A stretch of DNA of 64,000 nt from Anaeramoeba ignava BMAN (Eukaryota > Protista > Anaeramoebae): assembly GCA_028826165.1 (NCBI GenBank), contig JAPDFW010000127.1, positions 1 to 64,000 on the forward strand, given 5' to 3'. Of the stretch, positions 56,035 through 64,000 are shown in pieces (positions within the stretch are counted from its first letter, which is position 1; the number at the start of each line of letters is the position of its first letter). The notes beneath the pieces are model-generated. The model saw nothing but the letters and a program-made list of their open reading frames with translations. It made no database searches and was not told the DNA's origin. A program made the position numbers and the translations under genes.

Positions 56035-59000
56035 ATGGAAGAACCAGAAATTTGTCCAATTTGTTTTAAAAATTATTCAAATGAAAGAAAACCAATGATG
56101 ATTTGTCAAGAAAGTCATAATATTTGTGTTCATTGTGTTAAAAAATTTAACAGTTGTCCTTTTTGTAAAAGTTCATTTAATCATTTCAAACCAATTCCAA
56201 ATTTAATTTTATTGAAATTTATTGGATCAATTCCAAAAAATACAAATGAACAAATTATTCCATTTATTCCAATTTCTGAATTAGAAGTTGAATCAAAACC
56301 TTTTGCTTCAGGAGGAACTGCTCAAATTTTCAAAGCAAAATGGAAAGGAAAAGATGTTGTTATCAAAAGAATAATGTTTTTGAATGATCCAAAAAAAAAT
56401 CAAAAATTCGAAAATGAAATTAAATTAGGAATGAAATTATTACATCCTCATATTATCAAAATGTATGGAAAAACTGAAAAAGATAATATGATTGGAATTG
56501 TAATGGAATATGCAGAACAAGGAGATTTATCTCAAAAAATTCCAAATTTAAAATATGAAGAACAAATTGAATATTCTTTACAAATTATCAAAGGAATTGA
56601 TTATTTACATTCAAATTTAATTATTCATCGTGATTTACAACCTGAAAATATCTTATTATCAAATAATCAAACAAAAATTGCAGGTTTTGGAATTTCAAAA
56701 GTAAGAGAATATAGTTTAAAAGTTTCTTTGTCTATAGTTTCACTTGGTTATTCTGCTCCAGAACTTTTTGAAAAAGGAAAAAAATATGATAATTCTTGTG
56801 ATATTTTCAGTTTATCAATGATTTTATATGAAATTTTCTCAAAGAAAAAAGCTTTTGAAAATGAAAATCAAATGCTAATTATTTACAAAGTAACGAAAGG
56901 AGAAAGACCTGAATTTCCAAATAATTTTCCAAAAGAATTAAGTGAATTAATCAAAAAAGGATGGAGTTCAAATCCAGAAGAAAGATGTTCATTAAATGAA
57001 TTTACTAAATGTTTAAATATGATGAAAAATAAAAGTAATTTTTAATTTTTAAATCAAAACAATTTCTTTCCAAATCTCATCATTTTTTTTTTCAATTTAA
57101 TTCATTCAAAACCAAAAACCAAAAAAAAACGAATCAAACACAAATATTTCATCAATTACTTTGTTTTAATCAAATTTCTAACAATAATTTTGGGAATCAA
57201 TTTCAAGAAAATCAAAATGTATTTATAATTTTATTTCCAAAAATAAATAATCAAATAAATTAGTTAATAATAACAAAAATATCTAAATTTAAAAATATAA
57301 ATTAATTTATAATTTGATTTTAAAAAATTTTTTAGATTTCAAAATTATCTCAAAATGAAAACCCAGAAATTTGTCCAATTTGTTTTAAAAATTATTCAAA
57401 TGAAAGAAAACCAATGATAATTTGTCAAGAAAGTCATAATATTTGTGTTCATTGTGTTAAAAAATTTAATAGTTGTCCTTTTTGTAAAAGTTCATTTAAT
57501 CATTTCAAACCATTTGTGAATCATCCCTTCTTGAAATTTATTGGATCAATTCCAAAAAATACAAATGAACAAATTATTCCATTTATTCCAATTTCTGAAT
57601 TAGAAGTTGAATCAAAACCTTTTTCTTCAGGAGGAACTGCTCAAATTTTCAAAGCAAAATGGAAAGGAAAAGATGTTGTTATCAAAAGAATAATGTTTTT
57701 GTATGATCCAAAAAAAAATCAACAATTCGAAAATGAAATTAAATTAGGAATGAAATTATTACATCCTCATATTATCAAAATGTATGGAAAAACTGAAAAA
57801 GATAATATGATTGGAATTGTAATGGAATATGCAGAACAAGGAGAATTAAAACAAAAAATTCCAAATTTAAAATATGAAGAACAGATTGAATATTCTTTAC
57901 AAATTATCAAAGGAATTGAAGTTTTACATTCAAATTTAATTATTCATCGTGATTTGAAACCTCAAAATATCTTAATATCAAATAATCAAGCAAAAATTAC
58001 TGATTTTGGAATTTCAAAAATAAGAGAATATAGTTTAAAAGTTTCTTCAGCTATTATTTCACTTGGTTATTCTGCTCCAGAACTTTTTGAAAAAGGAAAA
58101 AAATATGATAATTCTTGTGATATTTTCAGTTTATCAATGATTTTATATGAAATTTTCTCAAAGAAACAACCTTTTGAAAATGAAAATGAAATGCTAATTA
58201 TTTACAAAGTAGTGAAAGGAGAAAGACCTGAATTTCCCAATAATTTTCCAAAAGAATTAAGTGAATTAATCAAAAAAGGATGGAGTTCAAATCCAAAAGA
58301 AAGATGTTCATTAAATGAATTTACTAAATGTTTAAATATGATGAAAAATAAAAGTAATTTTTAATTTTTAAATCAAAACAATTTCTTTCCAAATCTTATC
58401 ATTTTTTTTTTCAATTTAATTCATTCAAAAAAAAAATCAAAAATCAAAATCAAAAAACCAAAACTATTTTTTTCACAAATTTGTTTACAAATAGAAATTC
58501 CAAAACTGAAAAAAACGAATCAAAGGCAAATCTCAGGAAAGAAAAAAGAATTTTATCCATCAAAACTTTCAATTAATCAAAAAAGCAATGAAACGAATCT
58601 TCAACAAGGAAATAGATCAAATTTGGGTGACTCTTATGATCAATCAGAAAAATTAACAATATCAAAAACTCCCACAAATCCAACAGGAAATACACGCCAA
58701 AATTTAAGTTCAAATCTAAAAGGAAACGGAAGATTAAGTCGAAGAGCAAATCCAAGAGCAAATCCAAGAGCAAATCCAAGAGTAAGTCCAACAGGAAATA
58801 GAATCAATCCAAGAACAAATCCAAGAACAAATCCAACAGGAAATAAAATCAATCCAAGAACAAATCCAAGAGGAAGTCCAATGAATATAAGAACAAATAC
58901 AAGAGGAAGTCCAAGAGTAAGTCCAACAGGAAATAAAATCAATCCAAGAGGAAGTCCAATGAATATAAGAACAAATACAAGAGGAAATCCAAGAGTAAGT

Positions 59001-59747
59001 CCAACAGGAAATAGAATCAATCCAAGAGGAAGTCCAATGAATATAAGAACAAATACAAGAGGAAGTCCAAGAGTAAGTCCAACAGGAAATAAAATCAATC
59101 CAAGAACAAATCCAATGAATATAAGAGCAAATCCAAGAACAAGTCCAAGAGTAAGTCCAACAGGAAATAAAATCAATCCAAGAGCAAATCCAAGAACAAA
59201 TCCAACAGGAAATAAAATCAATCCAAGAACAAATCCAAGAACAAATCCAAGAACAAATCCAAGAACAAATCCAATGAATATAAGAACAAATACAAGAGGA
59301 AGTCCAAGAGTAAGTCCAACAGGAAATAGAATCAATACAAGAGGAAGTCCAAGAGCAAATCCAACAGGAAATAAAATCAATCCAAGAACAAATCCAAGAA
59401 CAAATCCAAGAACAAATCCAAGAACAAATCCAATGAATATAAGAACAAATACAAGAGTAAGTCCAAGAGTAAGTCCAACAGGAAATAAAATCAATACAAG
59501 AGGAAGTCCAAGAGCAAATCCAACAGGAAATAAAATCAATACAAGAACAAATTCAAGATCAAGTTCAAGAGGAAATACAACAAGTCCAAGAATTAGTCAA
59601 AATTCACATTTAAGAACAAATTCAAATCTAAGAACAAGTCCACAAATTAGTACAAATATCAATCCAAGAGGAAATCCAACAGGACGACCTAGAGCAAATA
59701 CAAACATAAGATTTTCCAAATTCTCGAACAACATTCACAAAAAATAA
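56035..59747 (+). CDS. Gene B: RING-pseudokinase-RING-kinase with an Arg/Asn/Pro-rich repeat tail
   Basis: Exons 56035-57034, 57208-57218, 57336-58353, 58495-59747, all phase-compatible. Domain 1 has HRDLQPEN and AGFG; domain 2 has HRDLKPQN and DFG. Confidence 0.78.
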
Positions 59748-60716
59748 GAATCCAAGCAAATGTTTTTTTCATTTAATTCTCGTTTTCTTTTTTTTGAATT
59801 TTTTTAATCCAGAAAAAAAATAAAACTCTCAATTTCAGATTTTCTCATTCCAATCCAAAAATTATTCGAAAGAAAATTACTCTAAAAAAATTTCAAAATT
59901 CAAAAACACAAAATTATTTTCTAAATTTTTGGATTAAATTATTTTTGAATTTTAAAAAAGAATTTATTATTAATATTAAATTAAAATTATTAAAAATTAT
60001 GAAATAAAATTAATTAAAATATTTTATTTATTATTTTATTTAATTTTTAATTATAATTAATTTATTATTTTACAATAAATTTAATTAAGAAATAATTTTA
60101 AAAAAGAATTTATTATTAATATTAAATTAAAATTGATTTAAAAATATAAATTTAAATTGAAAAAAAAATAAAAAAGAAAATAATTGTAAATTATAAAAAG
60201 ATTTATATTCTTAAATTAATAAGAAAATTAATTATAAAAATATAATTATATGTAAATATATTATTTATTATTTACAATAATATTATTTATTATTATATAT
60301 TATTTATCATTTAGAAAAAGAAAATTGATTTTTAATTGATTAAAAATTTGATATTATTTTTTTTACTCTTTTAAATTTACAAAAAAATAACAAAAATAAA
60401 ACAATTTAAATTATTCTTTATATTTTATATTCATTCCATTTATTTTATTTATTCCACTTTTTTTTTTTTTAATAAATTTTGATCTAAAAATAAAAATAAA
60501 AAAGGAGAAAAAATAAAAAAAGGAGAAAAAAAATAATTTTTTTTTTTGGGATTTTAAAAAAAAAAAGAAACAAAATTTTAAATTAAAATTAAATTTAAAA
60601 AAAATGAAACATTCATTTTCCCTTTTTATTTCATTTAATTTTTATTTCATTTAATTTTTATTTCATTTTCATTTAATTTCCTCTTTTTTTTTTGTTTTTT
60701 TTTTTAATTTTTAAAC

Positions 60717-63700
60717 ATGGAAGAACCAGAAATTTGTCCAATTTGTTTTAAAAATTATTCAAATGAAAGAAAACCAATGATGATTTGTCAAGAAAGTCAT
60801 AATATTTGTGTTCATTGTGTTAAAAAATTTAACAGTTGTCCTTTTTGTAAAAGTTCATTTAATCATTTCAAACCAATTCCAAATTTAATTTTATTGAAAT
60901 TTATTGGATCAATTCCAAAAAATACAAATGAACCAATTATTCCATTTATTCCAATTTCAGAATTAGAAGTTGAATCAAAACCTTTTGCTTTTGGTGGATT
61001 TGCTCAAATTTTCAAAGCAAAATGGAAAGGAAAAGATGTTGTTATCAAAAGGTTAATGCTTATGGATAATCCAAAAAATAATCAACAATTCGAAAATGAA
61101 CTTAAATTAGGAATGAAATTATCACATCCTCATATTATCAAAATGTATGGAAAAACTGAAAAAGATAATATGATTGGAATTGTAATGGAATATGCAGAAC
61201 AAGGAGATTTATCTCAAAAAATTCCAAATTTAAAATATGAAGAACAAATTGAATATTCTTTACAAATTATTAAAGGAATTGAAGTTTTACATTCAAATTT
61301 AATTATTCATCGTGATTTGAAACCTGAAAATATCTTAATATCAAATAATCAAGCAAAAATTACTGATTTTGGAATTTCAAAAGTAAGAGATCACAGTTTA
61401 CAAGTTACTTCAGCTATTATTTCAATTGGTTATTCTGCTCCAGAACTTTCTGAAAAAGGAAAAAAATATGATAATTCTTGTGATATTTTCAGTTTATCAA
61501 TGATTTTATATGAAATTTTCTCAAAGAAAAAAGCTTTTGAAAATGAAAATCATCTGCAATTATTGGGATCATTAATGAAAGGAGAAAGACCTGAATTTCC
61601 CAATAATTTTCCAAAAGAATTAAGTGAATTAATCAAAAAAGGATGGAGTTCAAATCCAAAAGAAAGATGTTCATTAAATGAATTTACTAAATGTTTAAAT
61701 ATGATGAAAAATAAAAGTAATTTTTAATTTTTAAATCAAAATAATTTCTTTCCAAATCTTATCATTTTTTTTTTCAATTTAATTCATTCAAAAAAAAAAT
61801 CAAAAATCAAAATCAAAAAACCAAAACTATTTTTTTCACAAATTTGTTTACAAATAGAAATTCCAAAACCGAAAAAAACGAATCAAACACAAATATTTCA
61901 TCAAATAGACAATTCTAATCAAATTTCTAACAATAATTTTGGGAATCAATTTCAAGAAAATCAAAATGTATTTATAATTTTATTTCCAAAAATAAATAAT
62001 CAAATAAATTATTTAATAATAACAAAAATATCTAAATTTAAAAATATAAATTAATTTATAATTTGATTTTAAAAAATTTTTTTAGATTTCAAAACTATCT
62101 CAAAATGAAAACCCAGAAATTTGTCCAATTTGTTTTAAAAATTATTCAAATGAAAGAAAACCAATGATAATTTGTCAAGAAAGTCATAATATTTGTGTTC
62201 ATTGTGTTAAAAAATTTAACAGTTGTCCTTTTTGTAAAAGTTCATTTAATCATTTCAAACCAATTCCAAATTTAATTTTATTGAAATTTATTGGATCAAT
62301 TCCAAAAAATACAAATGAACCAATTATTCCATTTATTCCAATTTCAGAATTAGAAGTTGAATCAAAACCTTTTTTTATTGGTGGATTTGCTCAAATTTTC
62401 AAAGCAAAATGGAAAGGAAAAGATGTTGTTATCAAAAGAATGATGTTTTTGTATGATCCAAAAAATAATCAACAATTCGAAAATGAAATTAAATTAGGAA
62501 TGAAATTATTACATCCTCATATTATCAAAATGTATGGAAAAACTGAAATGGATAATATGATTGGAATTGTAATGGAATATGCAGAACAAGGAGAATTAAA
62601 ACAAAAAATTCCAAATTTAAAATATGAAGAACAAATTGAATATTCTTTACAAATTATCAAAGGAATTGATTATTTACATTCAAATTTAATTATTCATCAT
62701 GATTTGAAACCTCAAAATATCTTATTATCAAATAATCAAACAAAAATTGCAGGTTTTGGAATTTCAAAAGTAAGAGATCACAGTTTACAAGTTTCTTCAG
62801 TTATAGTTTCACTTGGTTATTCTGCTCCAGAACTTTTTGAAAAAGGAAAAAAATATGATAATTCTTGTGATATTTTCAGTTTATCAATGATTTTATATGA
62901 AATTTTCTCAAAGAAAAAAACTTTTGAAAATGAAAATGCAATGGAGATTACATTCAAATTAATGAAAGGAGAAAGACCTGAATTTCCCAATAATTTTCCA
63001 AAAGAATTAAGTGAATTAATCAAAAAAGGATGGAGTTCAAATCCAAAAGAAAGATGTTCATTAAATGAATTTACTAAATGTTTAAATATGATGAAAAATA
63101 AAAGTAATTTTTAATTTTTAAATCAAAATAATTTCTTTCCAAATCTTATCATTTTTTTTTTCAATTTAATTCATTCAAAATCAAAAACCAAAAACGAATC
63201 AAACACAAATATTTCATCAAATAGACAATTCTAATAAGATTTCTAATAATAATTTTGGGAATCAATTTCAAGAAAATCAAAATGTATTTATAATTTTATT
63301 TCCAAAAATAAATAATCAAATAAATTATTTAATAATAACAAAAATATCTAAATTTAAAAATATAAATTAATTTATAATTTGATTTTAAAAAATTTTTTTA
63401 GATTTCAAAACTATCTCAAAATGAAAACCCAGAAATTTGTCCAATTTGTTTTAAAAATTATTCAAATGAAAGAAAACCAATGATAATTTGTCAAGAAAGT
63501 CATAATATTTGTGTTCATTGTGTTAAAAAATTTAACAGTTGTCCTTTTTGTAAAAGTTCATTTAATCATTTCAAACCATTTGTGAATCATCCCTTCTTGA
63601 AATTTATTGGATCAATTCCAAAAAATACAAATGAACCAATTATTCCATTTATTCCAATTTCAGAATTAGAAGTTGAATCAAAACCTTTTTTTATTGGTGG

Positions 63701-64000
63701 ATTTGCTCAAATTTTCAAAGCAAAATGGAAAGGAAAAGATGTTGTTATCAAAAGAATGATGTTTATGGATAATCCAAAAAATAATCAACAATTCGAAAAT
63801 GAAATTAAATTAGGAATGAAATTATCACATCCTCATATTATCAAAATGTATGGAAAAACTGAAAAAGATAATATGATTGGAATTGTAATGGAATATGCAG
63901 AACAAGGAGATTTATCTCAAAAAATTCCAAATTTAAAATATGAAGAACAAATTGAATATTCTTTACAAATTATCAAAGGAATTGATTATTTACATTCAAA
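60717..64000 (+). CDS. Gene C: RING-kinase-RING-pseudokinase-RING-kinase..., 3'-truncated by the window
   Basis: Exons 60717-61716, 61858-61967, 62086-63103, 63225-63283, 63402->64000 in frame. Domain 2 has HHDLKPQN and AGFG. Confidence 0.8.

Noticed and set aside
58640-59539. Antisense hydrophobic 299-aa ORF resembling a membrane protein
   Set aside because: Mirror of the plus-strand repeat, which has a phase-compatible acceptor linking it to the kinase.

Overview
Very AT-rich, intron-containing eukaryotic (protist) DNA with short intergenic spacers, satellite-filled introns and many homopolymer frameshifts that are probably long-read errors. Gene content and style resemble anaerobic amoeboid metamonads such as Anaeramoeba, but that assignment is inference. 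Left to right: the 3' end of an RNF213/mysterin-like gene, a CH-RasGAP-PH gene head-to-head with Atg18/WIPI, a giant USP9/24/34-type deubiquitinase, three RCC1-BTB paralogues around a D/N-rich gene, two PSI-domain membrane protein paralogues, organellar cpn60 next to hscB, a Rab head-to-head with a Cdc123-like ATP-grasp gene, a Puf protein, and an array of RING-kinase modules. The main result: the seven kinase modules can be spliced in frame into three tandem-kinase genes. The first continues through ARM-like exons into nine one-exon-per-repeat ankyrin repeats in the apparently ORF-free region 48.3-54.7 kb. Between these ankyrin exons lie 39 single-codon (3-nt, AG|NNN|GTA) microexons in arrays of 2-10, located exactly at the ankyrin beta-hairpin binding loop. 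This is a candidate combinatorial 'codon-cassette' diversification system on an immune-like tandem kinase. All splicing is inferred from genomic sequence only.
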